Source of the DNA: Haliotis rubra
Taxonomy: Eukaryota
DNA: 64,000 nt
Direction of reading: 5' to 3'
Assembly: GCF_003918875.1 (NCBI RefSeq)
Contig: NW_025765736.1
Span: 682,001 to 746,000 of the forward strand
Shown here piece by piece: positions 50,630 to 64,000 of this stretch; position 1 is the first letter of the stretch, and the number at the start of each line of letters is the position of its first letter. The position numbers were made by a program, and so were the translations under genes. The notes under the pieces were generated by a model. The model worked only from the letters and a program-made list of their open reading frames with translations. It had not been told where the DNA came from and did no database searches.

Positions 50630-53600
50630 TGCAACCTTCACCCTGTCAATCTTGCTCTCCTGCAGTACTTCTTTGCTGACTCTACCCTCTCCTGTATTGC
50701 TGCTTCACGCCACCAGATCAGACACCTTCACCCTGTCAATCTTGCTCTACTGCAGTACTTCTTTGCTGACTCTACCCTCTCTAGTATTGCTGCTTCACCC
50801 CACCAGATCAGACACCTTCACCCTGTCAATCTTGCTCTACTGCAGCACTTCTTTGCTGACTCTACCCTCTCCTGTATTGCTGCTTCACGCCACCAGATCA
50901 GACACCTTCACCCTGTCAATCTTGCTCTACTGCAGCACTTCTTTGCTGACTCTACCCTCTCCTGTATTGCTGCTTCACCCAACCAGATCAGACACCTTCA
51001 CCCTGTCAATCTTGCTCTACTGCAGTACTTCTTTGCTGACTCTACCCTCTCCTGTATTGCTGCTTCACCCAACCAGATCAAGCACCTTCACCCTGTCAAT
51101 CTTCCTCTCCTGCAGTACCTCTTTGTTGACTCTACCCTCTCCTGTATTGCTGCTTCACCCATCCAGATCAAGCACCTTCACCCTGTCAATCTTGCTCTAC
51201 TGCAGTACTTCTTTGCTGACTCTACCCTCTCCTGTATTGCTTCTTCACGCCACCAGATCAGACACCTTCACCCTGTCAATCTTGCTCTACTGCAGCACTT
51301 CTTTGCTGACTCTACCCTCTCCTGTATTGCTGCTTCACGCCACCAGATCAGACACCTTCACCCTGTCAATCTTGCTCTACTGCAGTACTTCTTTGCTGAC
51401 TCTACCCTCTCTAGTATTGCTGCTTCACCCCACCAGATCAGACACCTTCACCACCCTGTCAATCTTGCTCTACTGCAGCACTTCTTTGCTGACTCTACCC
51501 TCTCCTGTATTGCTGCTTCACGCCACCAGATCGACACACCTTCACCCTGTCAATCTTGCTCTACTGCAGCACTTCTTTGCTGACTCTACCCTCTCCTGTA
51601 TTGCTGCTTCACCCAACCAGATCAGACACCTTCACCCTGTCAATCTTGCTCTACTGCAGTACTTCTTTGCTGACTCTACCCTCTCCTGTATTGCTGCTTC
51701 ACCCAACCAGATCAAGCACCTTCACCCTGTCAATCTTCCTCTCCTGCAGTACCTCTTTGTTGACTCTACCCTCTCCTGTATTGCTGCTTCACCCATCCAG
51801 ATCAAGCACCTTCACCCTGTCAATCTTGCTCTACTGCAGTACTTCTTTGCTGACTCTGACTCTACCCTCTCCTGTATTGCTTCTTCACGCCACCAGATCA
51901 GACACCTTCACCCTGTCAATCTTGCTCTACTGCAGCACTTCTTTGCTGACTCTACCCTCTCCTGTATTGCTGCTTCACGCCACCAGATCAGACACCTTCA
52001 CCCTGTCAATCTTGCTCTACTGCAGTACTTCTTTGCTGACTCTACCCTCTCCTGTATTGCTGCTTCACGCCACCAGATCAGACACCTTCACCCTGTCAAT
52101 CTTGCTCTACTGCAGTACTTCTTTGCTGACTCTACCTTCTCCTGTATTGCTGCTTCACCCAACCAGATCAAGCACCTTCACCCTGTCAATCTTGCTCTCC
52201 TGCAGTACTTCTTTGATGACTCTACCCTCTCCTGTATTGCTGCTTCACGCCACCAGATCAGACACCTTCACCCTGTCAATCTTGCTCTACTGCAGCACTT
52301 CTTTGCTGACTCTACCCTCTCCTGTATTGCTGCTTCACCCCATCAGATCAGACACCTTCACCCTGTCAAGCTTGTTCTCCTGCAGCACTTCTTTGATGAC
52401 CCTACCCTCTCTAGTATTGCTGCTTCACGCCACCAGATCAGACACCTTCACCCTGTCAATCTTGCTCTACTGCAGCACTTCTTTGCTGACTCTACCCTCT
52501 CCTGTATTTCTGCTTCACGCCACCAGATCAGACACTTTCACCCTGTCAATCTTGCTCTACTGCAGTACTTCTTTGCTGACTCTACCCTCTCCTGTATTGC
52601 TGCTTCACCCCACCAGATCAAGCACCTTCACCCTGTCAAGCTTGTTCTCCTGCAGCACTTCTTTGCTGACCCTACCCTCTCTAGTATTGCTGCTTCACCC
52701 CACCAAATCAGGAACCCTCACCCCGTCGATTGTGTTCTCCTGCAGCACTTCTTTGCCGACTCTACCCCCTCTAGCATTGCTGCTTCACCCCACCAGATCA
52801 GGCACCTTCACCCTGTCAAGTTTGTTCTCCTGCAGTACTTCTTTGCCGACTCTACACTCTCTAGTATTGCTGCTTCACCCCACCAAATCAAGCACCTTCA
52901 CCCTGTCAATCTTGCTCTCCAGCAGCACTTCTTTGATGACCCTACCCTCTCTAGTATTTATTGCTGCTTCACCCCATCAGATCAAGCACCTCCACCCTGT
53001 CAATCTTGCTCTCCTGCAGCACTTCACTCATGTCTCTACCCTCTCTAGTACTGCAGCTTCACCCCGCCAAATCAGGCACCTTCACTCTGTCAATCTTGCT
53101 CTCCTGCAGCACTTCTTTGATGACCCTACCCTCTCTAGTATTGCTGCTTCACCCCACCAGATCAGGCACCTTCACCCTGTCAAGCTTGTTCTCCTGCAGC
53201 ACTTCTTTGATGACTCTACCCTCTCTAGTATTGCTGCTTCACCCCACCAGATCAGACACCTTCACCCTGTCAATCTTCCTCTACTGCAGTACTTCTTTGC
53301 TGACTCTTCACTCTCTAGTATTGCTGCTTCACCCCACCAGATCAGACACCTTCACCCTGTCAATCTTGCTCTACTACAGCACTTCTTTGCTGACTCTACC
53401 CTCTCTAGTATTGCTGCTGCACCCCACCAGATCAAGCACCTTCACCCTGTCAAGTTTGTTCTCCTGCAGCACTTCTTTGATGACCCTACCCTCTCCTGTA
53501 TTGCTGCTTCACCCCACCAGATCAAGCACCTTCACCCCGTCGATTTTGTTCTCCTGCAGTACTTCTTTGCTGACTTTACCCTCTCCTGTATTGCTGCTTC

Positions 53601-55855
53601 ACCCCACCAGATCAGACACCTTCACCCTGTCAATCTTGCTCTACTGCAGCACTTCTTTGCTGACTCTACCCTCTCCTGTATTGCTGCTTCACGTCACCAG
53701 ATCAGACACCTTCACCCTGTCAATCTTGCTCTACTGCAGTACTTCTTTGATGACTCTACCCTCTCCTGTATTGCTGCTTCACGCCACCAGATCAGACACC
53801 TTCACCCTGTCAATCTTGCTCTACTGCAGTACTTCTTTGTTGACTCTACCCTCTCCTGTATTGCTGCTTCACCCCACCAGATCAAGCACCTTCACCCTGT
53901 CAATCTTGCTCTCCTGCAGTACTTCTTTGCTGACTCTACCCTCTCTAGTATTGCTGCTTCACCCAACCAAATCAGGCACCTTCACCCTGTCAATCTTGCT
54001 CTCCTGCAGTACTTTTTTGCTGACTCTACACTCTCTAGTATTGCTGCTTCACCCCACCAGATCAGACACCTTCACCCTGTCAATCTTGCTCTACTGCAGC
54101 ACTTCTTTGCTGACTCTACCCTCTCCTGTATTGCTGCTTCACCCAACCAAATCAAGCACCTTCACCCTGTCAATCTTGCTCTCCTGCAGCACTTCTTTGC
54201 TGACTCTACCCTCTCCTGTATTGCTGCTTCACCCCACCAGATCAAGCACCTTCACCCTGTCAATCTTGCTCTCCTGCAGTACTTCTTTGCTGACTCTACC
54301 CTCTCCTGTATTGCTGCTTCACCCAACCAGATCAAGCACCTTCACCCTGTCAATCTTGCTCTCCTGCAGTACTTCTTTGATGAATCTACCCTCTCCTGTA
54401 TTGCTGCTTCACGCCTACAGATCAGACACCTTCACCCTGTCAATCTTGCTCTACTGCAGCACTTCTTTGATGACTCTACCCTCTCCTGTATTGCTGCTTC
54501 ACCCAACCAGATCAGACACCTTCACCCTGTCAATCTTGCTCTCCTGCAGTACTTCTTTGCTGACTCTACCCTCTCCTGTATTGCTGCTTCACGCCACCAG
54601 ATCAAGCACCTTCACCCTGTCAATCTTGCTCTCCTGCAGTACTTCTTTGATGACTCTACCCTCTCTAGTATTGCTGCTTCACGCCACCAGATCAGACACC
54701 TTCACCCTGTCAATCTTGCTCTACTGCAGTACTTCTTTGCTGACTCTACCCTCTCTAGTATTGCTGCTTCACCCCACCAGATCAAGCACCTTCACCCTGT
54801 CAATCTTGCTCTCCTGCAGTACTTCTTTGATGACTCTACCCTCTCCTGTATTGCTGCTTCACCCCACCAGATCAGACACCTTCACCCTGTCAATCTTGCT
54901 CTACTGCAGCACTTCTTTGCTGACTCTACTCTCTCCTGTATTGCTGCTTCACCCAACCAGATCAGACACCTTCACCCTGTCAATCTTGCTCTCCTGCAGT
55001 ACTTCTTTGCTGACTTTACCTTCTCCTGTATTGCTGCTTCACCCAACCAGATCAAGCACCTTCACCCTGTCAATCTTGCTCTCCTGCAGTACTTCTTTGA
55101 TGACTCTACCCTCTCTAGTATGTATTGCTGCTTCACCCCATCAGATCAAGCACCTTCACCCTGTCAATCTTGCTCTCCTGCAGTACTTCATTGCTGACTC
55201 TACCCTCTCTAGTATTGCACCTTCACCCAACCAGATCAAGCACCTTCACCCTGTCAAGCTTGTTCTCCTGCAGCACTTCTTTGATGACCCTACCCTCTCT
55301 AGTATTTATTGCTGCTTCACCCCATCAGATCAAGCACCTTCACCCTGTCAATCTTGCTCTCCTGCAGCACTTCACTGATGTCTCTACCCTCTCTAGTATT
55401 GCTGCTTCACCCCGCCAAATCAGGCACCTTCACTCTGTCAATCTTGCTCTACTGCAGCACCTCTTTGCTGACTCTACCCTCTCTAGTATTGCTGCTTCAC
55501 CCCACCAGATCAGGCACCTTCACCCTGTCAAGTTTGTTCTCCTGCAGCACTTCTTTGATGACTCTACCCTCTCTAGTATTGCTGCTGCACCCCACCAGAT
55601 CAAGCACCTTCACCCTGTCAAGTTTGTTCTCCTGCAGCACTTCTTTGATGACCCTACCCTCTCTAGTATTGCTGCTTCACCCCACCAGATCAAGCACCTT
55701 CACCCTGTCAATCTTGCTCTACTGCAGCACCTCTTTGCTGACTCTACCCTCTCTAGTATTGCTGCTTCACCCCACCAGATCAGGCACCTTCACCCTGTCA
55801 ATCTTGCTCTCCTGCAGCACTTCTTTGATGACTCTACCCTCTCCTGTATTGCTGG
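50630..55855 (+). repeat. 90-bp satellite (about 58 units) derived from an LTR-retrotransposon env-like coding segment
   Basis: Unit translates as HLHPVNLALLQ(Y/H)FF(A/D)DSTLS(C/S)IAASPHQI(R/K) and runs in frame into unique IAGDTTFRK... sequence. Confidence 0.9.
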
Positions 55856-56100
55856 CGATACGACTTTTAGGAAAGCTTTTAACTTTGCCATTCAAATGTT
55901 CATGACAGTTGGAATGTTTTAGCAAATGATAAGTCTGATCTCAGTCTTGATGTGTTGCTGCAGTTCAAGTGGAAAAAAATATATTTCTGAACCAGTGCTA
56001 GACGGTCAAATCAAAGGAAATGAACACGAACTGTAACATTTCGGAAGCATTTATGATCAGCTGTTAGCTAACTTTCTCTTACTCTGGCTATACAACCTTA
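55856..56100 (+). pseudogene. Envelope/fusion-protein-like C-terminal remnant
   Basis: Broken-frame GDTTF...NVLANDKSDLSLD...SEPVLDGQI follows the HPVNLALLQxFF motif, matching from memory the pre-transmembrane region of env-like proteins of molluscan Gypsy elements. Confidence 0.5.
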
Positions 56101-56956
56101 TCAAACTTGCCCCGAGAAGATCCGGTTTAGAACTGATACATTTTTGTATTCAGTAACCCATGCTTGTCCTAAGAAGCGACTAACGGGATTGGGTGGTCAG
56201 ACTTGCTGACTTGGTTGACACATGTCATCGGATCCGATATGCGTAGATTGATGCTCATGCCGTAGATCATTGGATTCTCTGGTCCAGACTCTATTATTTA
56301 CAGACCGTGGCAATATAGCCGGGGTAAAACTGAACTCACTCACTCACTTATCAAACTTGTATAATATGACCAGCATGTTATATTGCCATCGACTTCCTTT
56401 CAAATTCAGACATGAGGTCTCGGGTTACTAGTAAATACAGGGGCAGCTCGCCACCTGTTATTCCTGCTTTGGCTGAGATCCTGTTAAAATGTTTTTGAAC
56501 GTAAGTAACTTTTATTGTTACTTTGTCATTTGGTTAAAATTGCTTGAAAACCTTCTAACCGTGATGATGAAATCATCTTACTTAAATGTAAAATGCTGTT
56601 CTAATTTACCCTGCGGTTACTGTATGTTAATTTCGTATAGTGAGTGAGTAAGTATGTTTATATGCTGCTCAGAAAGTAGCGATTTCAGACATACTCATGT
56701 GAACTGTTCGAAATATATTGAGAGTGAGTGAGTAAATATTGCTTATTATTACTCGCCCATGGAAGAAAATGCAGTGTAATATTTTTATGGCAATATTACA
56801 TGAGTGTAATACCGCTAGACATATGACGTCATAATGGTTACAGTTATAATGTCACAATGCTAATGCCTCTGTCGCAATGGTTATTAGACCTTGCTTGACT
56901 CTCAGAAAATGAATCCTCACACTGTAGGCAGTTTCTATGTTTTTATGTTGGAAAGT

Positions 56957-57080
56957 AATAAACAGAATACTAAACTCGCTTCCGTGAAATACCATTTTAT
57001 TAAACGCTCGTTTGATATTAGATCCTTAACTAGTTTAATAAAATTGGTATTACATGGAAGATCGTTTAGTATCCTCTATA
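56957..57080. mobile_element. Imperfect hairpin element
   Basis: AGAATACTAAAC...AATACCATTTTATTAAAC / GTTTAATAAAATTGGTATT...GTTTAGTATCCT. Confidence 0.5.
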
Positions 57081-59139
57081 TGCCACATTAGCAATGCTGC
57101 ACATATTCACAGGGAGAAATAAAATGAGAAACCCCTGGCCCATAGAAAAGCTGTATTATCACCTGACATTCTGTTAAACATATATTAATGAACTACTTTT
57201 ACTACTTTGTAAATGACAAATATTTCCAAATGGCTATAAAATCCCAATACGAGGTACCTGTGATACCTGTACTCCCTTGATCCCGTTAGTCGCCTCTTCC
57301 GACAAACATGGGTTACTGAAGACCAATTCTAACCCAGATCTTCACGGGTCTCTGATTTAATGAACATTTTAATATACTATACTATATAAGTTAGCTAAAG
57401 GTTTGGAAATATGCCTAAATAACAACAAAACATGGGGCCAACTGAATTATCAGTATCTAACAGAAGTGATGTTTAGGAAAGAATGTTAGTAATCTGAACA
57501 ATGGAAAAAAACAATACTTAAACAAAATATGTATACAGATATCACATTTTAAGCATCATTATGAAACTTCATCAACGTTAGTGCAAAATGAGTTTAGCAC
57601 ACATAAGTAAGACAAAGGGCATTTTTAGCAGTCATTGGAAAACAGGAATGTCTGATACCAAATAGAAAGTACTCATTTTCACATGCATGAAGCAGAAAGT
57701 ACACAATTTCACATGAAGGCAGTAGAAAGTACACATTTTCACATGAATGCAGAAGAAAGTACATATTTTAACACAAAGGTAGTAGAAAGTACATATTTTA
57801 ACACGAAGGTAGTACAAAGTACACATTTAGTGCAGCCTAGTGGCTGCAAGAATTGTATGATCCCCAGGGAGTTGAGATTGACAAAAAGATGTGCTGTTGA
57901 GAGTGACATCCAATGATCGAGGGGGAAAATACCAGCGCCTTGAGCATGCACTAGTGTATGGATATGTGCACTAAATAAATATCCAATAATAATAATAATA
58001 ATAATAATAACCTCAGATAGGCAACATATATCAATTTCATTGCCATTCCAGATCAAGAAATTTGTGGATTAGCAAAAACAATGTATCAGATTTATATCCC
58101 CCCTCAGAGTGAAAATCATTTCAATGAAAGACTGCCTGTAGCAAAAGATGATTTCCTCATTCTTATTGAACCAATTGCCTCCCTCACTGCTCATTCTGAA
58201 GTAGCAGGTGGTAGGACCCTTTCAAAAGCAGATAAGAAAACTGCTTATGAATCCTTCCAGGAAGAAAAGGTTTTAGACAAGGGTACATGTACAGTTGTAG
58301 GCAAATTTAGTTACACTGACAGCCACTCTATCTTTGAAATTGAGTGTGACCAACCTTTCATAACTTCGGTTAACACTGACATTAGTAAAACAGACAACAA
58401 CACTAGGGATTATGTCAAAATTGCTCTAGATTTAGGATTTGACTTGACCAAGACACAACTGACACCAGACCAACTACAAAGACTTCTTAGATTTTTAGGA
58501 CAAAATAGAGAAATGTTTTTAACATGCCTTGCAGGTGTAGGAAAAACTGACATGCACAAACATGTTACTGACTCTGGTAGCCATCCCCATGTTAAGTGTA
58601 GGTCTTATCGTCAATCTCCTCTTCTCCAAAAAGTCACTGAAGAACTTGTAGGAGATTTTATCAGGTATGATTTAATTGAGGAGACCACTTCAGACCCCAT
58701 CATCTTAGAAGAACTGGAGCATTACAGAAAAAGAAGGCTTAGCTCTTGTTGAAGCCATCAGATCCTTTGTCCATATCTGGCAAACTCTAAATTCACTGTC
58801 TACACGGACCACATAGCATTGAAATGGTTCAAATCCATCAAGGATGCCACAGGTCGGTTAGGGTGATGGTCTTTAGCACTGTCTACCTATTCTTTTGATA
58901 TTGTTCATCGCAGGGAATATGAGCAAAATATTAACCGACAGAAACAAATAGAAAAAGATGCTGTCTTTTCAGTAACTTCACTTGGGCAAAGAAACTTAAC
59001 AAGCAATATCAAACTTTCAGCAAGCCCACATTTATCCTCACAGGTCACCCAATCAACTCAGGCTGAAGATGGTTGCAGACCTATTGTTAGTCACATAGAT
59101 TCAGAATCACAAACAACTTATTGGTCTGACACGTACACG

Positions 59140-59930
59140 TGGTCTGTGAAACGTATGTACAGACAATTAACAAAATGATGTGAAATGGTATTGCGACTTA
59201 CAAATAATAGACTTAAAAATCATCAAAAGCATGTACCCGTGAAACATTCGTGCAAAAGGTGCTGCATCGATGGAGCAAAGTGTTAAGATTAAAGATTAAG
59301 TCAGTTTTGGACAGTGAAGCCATGTTTAGTAATGCGTATGACCACCATGAGCACAAATGCAAGCTTCTACTCGACATTGACAAAATGAGCCTGTGAAGTT
59401 GCTGTTGTGGAATGTTCTGCCATTCTCTCTGTAATGCCTGCTCAAGTTATTCCAGAGTGCGGGGGCGAACATGGAGACCATATACACGACTCCCAATAAT
59501 GTGCCAAGCATGTTCAACTGGATTAAGTTCAGGTGACCTTGCAGACCAGTCCATATGTGTGACGGTGTTGACCTAAACAACATCATTAACATCTCTTTCT
59601 CGATGTGGACGGGCATTATCATCCATAAAAATGAAGTTAGGCCCTGCTTGTTGTGCCAGAGGAATGACTACAGGTAGGTGTTAACTGATCAGAGTGCATG
59701 TGTGAAGTATGGGGCATGTCATGCCCTACATTTTGCATGTTGTTTCTGAGGGTGCTTGTGTTCGGGTGATGTTATCAATGTTATCAGATAAATCAATCTG
59801 ACAGTCCCTAAAGGTTATGTATTCGTTGAATCTTTACCTTTCAGTAACATGCCGGCAAAATCGCTATAGAGACTGATAAAGACATTACACTGAAAATACT
59901 TGTTGCTTAATTTTTTGTGAGGAGTATATT
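59140..59930 (-). mobile_element. Tc1 remnant nested in the Gypsy pol
   Basis: DDNARPH, WSARSPELNPVEHAW and EACICAHGGHTHY motifs. Confidence 0.8.
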
Positions 59931-60889
59931 AATGCACACTCCAACTTACGTCACCTACAAAGGATTTGTCCAGATTTTACACAGATTTTCGACTACAAAG
60001 AAGATGATGTCCTTCCAGAAAGATTCTATTTGAAGCCACTACATTTGAAATTGATGAAGGAATTTTATACAGATTTGTCCCACACTGAGATGGAAGGGTC
60101 AAGCTGACAAATTCATTAAACAGCTGGCAGTTCCAAGAACTCTCACGAATCAAGTCTTGAGATGCTACCATGATTCCAAGTTTCGCGGTTGCCACCATGG
60201 AAAGGTTAGGATGCACAACACTGTGAGACCAAAATACTACTGGTCAAATATCTACAGCTATATTGCAACTTATGTCGAGACATGTGAGGGGGTATGTCAA
60301 CAGACGAAGAGGCATTACCTCAGCAAAAAGGCACCCCTATGTCCCTACCTGTGGAATAGGTCTTCACCCAGTAGCATGTTGACATTCTTGGTCCCTTGCC
60401 AACACCAGATAAGTACAAGCACACATTTTGGTCATCACCGATGCATCATCTAGATGGTGTGAAGCCTTTCCCCTGAGAACCCAAGAAGCCACAGAGGTAG
60501 CAGATGTTCTTGTGAGAGAAATATTTTGTCGGTATGGCGCTCCAAGGACCTTAATTTCAGACAGAGGTCAGAACTTCATGTCAAAATGAATGAAGGCTAT
60601 TTGTGAACTTTTGGCTATCAAATTCACTCATACTAACCCATACCATCCCTAAACAAATAGCTGTGTGGAAAGGCTCAATTCCTACATCAATTAATCACTA
60701 AAAGCCTATTGTAACAAAACTCAAAATGATTGGCCCCGGTTTCTTCCACGCATCATGATGGCCTATCAGATGGCCTCAAATTCATCAACTCAAAAGTCCC
60801 CTTTATAATTATTATTATTATTAATATTATAGGATATTTATATAGCGCACATATCCACACACTAGAGGTTTATTCAGAACAATACAATT

Positions 60890-61100
60890 GCATGGCCGGA
60901 TCCAGGAATTTTGAAAGGAGGGGGTTCAGGGGGTTCAAACCCGCTGAACCCCCACATGAATCCGCCAATGCATAAAACGAATCTTCAATGTGATCTTAAG
61001 TCTTTTTTTGTCTTTTTTGGGGGTGGGGGGTGGGGAAGAAGAGAATGTGTGTGTGTGTGTTGTGGGGTTTTTATAACCCACCCTCTGGATCCGCCAATGA
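60890..61100. mobile_element. MITE with GGATCC-containing termini nested in the integrase
   Basis: CATGGCCGGATCCAG ... CTGGATCCGCCAATG inverted ends. Confidence 0.5.
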
Positions 61101-61679
61101 GTTGTACAGCTAGCGAGCCAGATATTTCCCCAGGTCAAAGATATTGGCGATACTGTAAAAGAGTGGAAAAAGGCCTTTGCAACGAATTAACTAAAAAGTG
61201 GTATGGCGGTTACTACATCATTCATTCAGGTCCGAATTTCACCTACAGACTATGCCGAAGTTCTGACAATAAATTACACAAACCCCTGGTCCATGCCAAC
61301 CGCCTGAAGCCATATTTTGGTTCAGCTGATCGTCCACAGCATCCAACAGAACCATACCTCAACAACAACAACAACAACAACATGGATTCAGGGGTCATAG
61401 ATGACAATTAGGAACAAGTCAACGACCCACACCTTGACAGCAACAATGCTCAGGCAACAAGTTCAACCAATGACCAATCACCAGTCCAACAAAAAGGTAG
61501 GAAAGTCAATTAAAAAACTAAGGCATGCAATCCAAGGCCTCCAACCAAAAAGAAGTGCAGTGCAGCAGGACTTAGTACAACAGTTACAAACCAGAAACAG
61601 AACACCCCAGGTCCAAGTAATCCCACCAAGGAGAAAAGAAATACAAACAGGGGAAAAAGAGGATTAAACAGTAAGCATC

Positions 61680-62782
61680 ATCAGATTCAGATTAAGTTTA
61701 TTCGGTAATTCTGGACTTAAGGCCTACATTACAATTGTTGATGTTACAAAATACTATGCAAGTCATGTGAATATATGGTCACATTCATGGTTACATTTAT
61801 GGCTACGCACAGTGAAAACATGTTTGAGATACATTGCAACAGACTTAAAGGTCATAATATTCTTAGAATTTAACAACTTTGACAGTGAATGTTTGTCTAA
61901 TACAGTGTTTGAAAGAAATGGCATATACTTTTTTCGCAAATTTAGATACTTGGTGCATACAAACATGACATGGAACTCATCCTCTATATCGCCTGTAGTA
62001 CAATTAGAACAGATGAAAACATTTTTACATTCTGTAGAAATACCATGTTTACGTGCCCTATTTAAACAGAAATCATGAAAACCAATCCTTAATTTACATA
62101 AAGCTCTTATCAAAGATTTATCATGAAAATTTAAGATATACGATTCTGGTTCTAGCAATGACTTATGAGAGGCATAATATTCTAAATATCTAGAACTTAA
62201 TGGATATAGACCACTCTTGAATGAAAATTTCACATAGGTGCTGTTTGAAAAGAGATATAAATCAGTCTTCATTGCCAACCCCTTGGGCAAGCCATACATA
62301 GGAAAATCCAGTAGAAAAGAGTAATAGTCTAACATTAGACACCCAGTTAACTTTACCAATATCATCTTGTGATTTCCCCCAAAAATGACACTGTTTAGGG
62401 TACCTTTAAGTAATGCATTTTTAACAACTTTAAGCAACTGTTCTTATTCTGCTGAAAACAAACATATTACATCTACCAGTTTCTCCAAATATAGCCTTAT
62501 TAGGGGCAAATTTACCTAGATTTAGAAACTGTTTAAAAAATGTAGTTTGTACCTTTTCTGTACAATGAAAATAAGTCATACCCCAAATTTATGATCCATA
62601 TAAAAGAATAGGCATTATTTTACAATCAAAGATGGTACAAGCATTTTGGAAAGTAATAAAAGAGTTAGTTTTGAATAAATTATAAACAGAGTAGGTGCTT
62701 AGATGCTTGTGTTGCCAAACTTTTACACGCTGTTGACCAATTTAACCTTGAGGAAAATATCAAGCCCAGGTATTTATAATAT
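61680..62782 (-). mobile_element. CR1/L2-group LINE 3' fragment
   Basis: YKYLGLIFSSRLNW, LCKLRIG, CSNCTTGDIEDEFHVMFVC; short (AATCTG) tail. Confidence 0.85.
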
Positions 62783-64000
62783 GAAGCACAGAGCCAATAC
62801 AAGCTAGATTCCACATACAGACACCCTGATGACAGCAGAAAGAACCTGTGCCCCTATTCTAGAGAGACAATTATATATTTAATTATCATTTACCATTCTA
62901 CCAGTTCAATATGATTGTTGATTAACTAAAAGTTTGTACATTGTCCATCCAAGAAATTATTTTCCAAGCTTGGGGACCAAACTTTTTCAGACAGAGGGGA
63001 AGTTTTCATGGAAAAAATTTCATACGAAAGTTAATTATTAATTATTACCACTACAAGCGATATATATTAGGATTCAGATATTAGGAAAATATAAATATAG
63101 ATTATTAGTGTCATCATGATCAGTAATAGCTTAGAGAAAGACTCCCGTCAAAAGTAATAAAACTCATCTCACAGACATACTATTGAAAAAGGTATAAGTT
63201 ATGACTGCACAATTTCACAGATGTTTCTAGTTAAATCCTAGACTAAGGTAATAAGGGCTCAACCCCTAGACACATCAATTTAGGCTTGTTAAGATCTAGC
63301 CCAGAGTACGTATCCAAGCATCCAGTAAATGTGTCAACAAGATTAGTGCCAGTTGAATTAGAATTGCTGGGATGCTTACTCCCCACTGTCTGGTCATTTC
63401 ATTGGTTATTATAGGGCACACCCATTTTGTATAATCAACAACCCATAATCCTTGATTCTGGTATAAATTACTGCATACATTGCTTGTGCAAGCATTGGTG
63501 CAGAAACACAACTTTCCAAGGGAAACCTAGAGCAAGGTATACTGAATATGTTTGATTGTACTTTCTTTAGCATTAAATGCTGAAACTTTATTACATGAAC
63601 ATCCTTTTAAGTGTGTGAATGTAACACATGTTCTGCTGAATAACAAATAAAGATCCAGTCATTTTATCTATCATATATGTCCTATTTTTAGGATTGTAAA
63701 GTATCGGGATAAGTATCGTATCGCCATCACTGTATGATAATCGTCTCGCAGGTTCCTTGCCAATACTTTCATGATATATCGTCTCGCCTCATTAAACTAG
63801 TATCGGGATATGTCGTCTCGCCCCTTAGGCCACGATACACAGCTTTAATATGTGTCTAGGTGCACCAAAGGCCAATAACACACAATCACACCTAAACAAC
63901 AACAAAATATGTTCTACATATCTGACAATGTATTGACATAATGAAGATTCTGAAGCTGTGACCTTCACCTGACCTGGTCAGCCTGCACAACTAGTAAGTC

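Larger units (their letters stand above)
58040..61670 (+). mobile_element. Degenerate Gypsy pol (pre-RT region, RNase H, integrase; RT core deleted)
   Basis: VGKTDMHKHVTDSGSHPHVKCRSYR; NWSITEKEGLALVEAIRSF...FTVYTDHIALKW...GRLG; integrase HHCC region (YHDS..GCH...KYYW...CEGVC), HVDILGPLP, IFCRYGAPRTLISDRGQNF, YHP..N...ERLNS; KKWYGGYYI...VHANRLKPY. Confidence 0.88.

Noticed and set aside
50630-55855. Minus-strand reading of the 90-bp unit with a TGA in nearly every unit and occasional TGC (53416, 55584), suggesting a poly-selenocysteine protein
   Set aside because: Many units also contain TAG in the same frame, no SECIS or gene structure is evident, and the plus strand is explained by env-like homology.
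50652-55922. Giant ORFs of 800-1200 aa
   Set aside because: By-products of a stop-free 90-bp unit; they switch frame at indels and lack proper starts.
63296-63511. Minus-strand ORF faintly resembling Gypsy RNase H
   Set aside because: Similarity too weak to support without a search.

Overview
Repeat-rich animal genomic DNA with spliceosomal introns. The SINE repertoire suggests a mollusc, probably an abalone-like gastropod (inference). Three host genes can be assembled by hand. Two are tandem 5-exon paralogs encoding CABIT-domain / Pro-rich / SAM-domain (GAREM/THEMIS-like) adaptors at 1940-7262 and 24049-28201; the first has a 2-bp frameshift that removes the SAM domain. The third is a 6-exon METTL27/WBSCR27-like SAM-dependent methyltransferase (32862-38143, minus). 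The most striking feature is a 4.67-kb Polinton/Maverick (adintovirus-like) derivative at 16785-21456. It has 153-bp TGT...ACA terminal inverted repeats and a perfect 6-bp target-site duplication inside a 23-bp G-rich satellite. It carries a decayed zinc-finger + A32/FtsK-like packaging ATPase gene, capsid-gene remnants and its own variant initiator tRNA-Met gene. A 5.2-kb 90-bp satellite (50630-55855) appears to be an amplified 30-codon piece of an LTR-retrotransposon envelope-like gene and lies upstream of an RT-deleted Gypsy pol. The rest is SINEs (one family with a covarying pseudoknot head shared with an I/Nimb LINE), CR1/L2 and Tc1 remnants, MITEs, hairpin elements and minisatellites. 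All protein-family assignments are by motif recognition, not database search.
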